IMG/VR virus record: IMGVR_UViG_3300027708_000025
Location: 1 to 64,000 of that record
DNA length: 64,000 bases
From: a virus
Strand: one strand, 5' to 3'
Both the position numbers and the translations under genes were made by a program. Under the pieces are notes generated by a model. That model saw nothing but the letters and a program-made list of their open reading frames with translations. It ran no database searches and had not been told where the DNA came from. This document shows, one piece after another, positions 63,187 to 64,000 of the stretch (position 1 is its first letter; each line of letters starts with the position of its first letter).

Positions 63187-63987
63187 TTATCCACACTTTT
63201 TACGTTTAACATTAGTTAGTGCACCAAAATCAACTGGCCATTCTTGACCAGGTTCTAACTCTTTTGCTTTAGATGGAAATAAGTACTTTACACCAGCTTG
63301 TTTTTCTATTTCTGAGATTGGCACACGATATACACGCATGTCATTTCCGAGATTTGGATATGGTGGTACATGCGGAAATTTCCATCCAGCAACCTCATGT
63401 GTTGTATTATTGATTACAATTTTATAATAACCATGTGGAACAACAACACCATTCCCAATTGTTTTATCACCAGCACCATAAAATGCACCAACGTATATAG
63501 TAAAAGGTTGATTTAGCTGAACTGCCCAACCACGAACAGAAGTTTCGAGTAATTTCCAAACACCACGATTTAGTGAACCTGCTTGTGGATACATGTTTGT
63601 CATTAGGAAAGATTCATATTCAACTTGAACATCCCAAGACAAATCACCATCTGGTGCCGCATGACCTTTGTCGTAACCCGTGCCAACATAATCATCTGGA
63701 CGTGGACCATTAGGTACTGATTGATCTGCAACAAATGCATTAGTACGTGCTACACAACCCAATGCATTCGGAGGAGTTAATTCGTATGTTACAAACTTTG
63801 GAATCTTTGCTTGTTCATCATATCCAACAAGATATGCTTCTCTGCAAATTGGCTGAACATTTTGCACAACAGGGAATCCATAAGGCGCATGAACCGCACA
63901 TGCTTGAGGTGATAAAGGCGCACGTTGAGTCCATGCAAATGCATTAAATGATAATAAGATGAATAACGATACTAATATTTTTTTCAT
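63187..63987 (-). CDS. Secreted DNA/RNA non-specific endonuclease (NucA family)
   Basis: Signal peptide; GYDKGHAAP, SFLMTNMYPQ, LNRGVW..LE. Confidence 0.92.
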   Translation of the reverse strand: MKKILVSLFILLSFNAFAWTQRAPLSPQACAVHAPYGFPVVQNVQPICREAYLVGYDEQAKIPKFVTYELTPPNALGCVARTNAFVADQSVPNGPRPDDYVGTGYDKGHAAPDGDLSWDVQVEYESFLMTNMYPQAGSLNRGVWKLLETSVRGWAVQLNQPFTIYVGAFYGAGDKTIGNGVVVPHGYYKIVINNTTHEVAGWKFPHVPPYPNLGNDMRVYRVPISEIEKQAGVKYLFPSKAKELEPGQEWPVDFGALTNVKRKKCG

Positions 63988-64000
63988 GCCGCTTTCCCCC

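Overview
This 64 kb window is from an AT-rich T4-like myophage, probably infecting a betaproteobacterium (inferred from the tmRNA tag and boxA sequence). It holds: baseplate/tail genes (gp6, gp25, gp5, hub, gp53, gp48, gp4, gp2, gp54, gp26, gp51, tape-measure-like protein with M23 peptidase); gp32/gp59/gp33; a nucleotide-sugar/glycosyltransferase cluster; a circularly permuted two-piece tmRNA; PhoH and nucleotide/repair genes; early regions of small ORFs behind a repeated sigma70 promoter with a GTTG-N8-CAAC palindrome; 24 tRNA genes (every amino acid except Phe) interleaved with four unexplained structured RNAs; RNase H; a probable lysis region; ClpP. The standout is an unannotated 38-codon leader peptide (44498-44614) directly upstream of the tRNA array. 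It uses 19 amino acids (all but Phe, the one tRNA the array lacks here) and 31 different codons. It overlaps a mutually exclusive antiterminator/terminator pair followed by an rrn-type boxA. This looks like a ribosome-coupled attenuator that senses the whole tRNA pool and switches on the phage tRNA array when translation stalls. All annotation is by eye, with no database searches.
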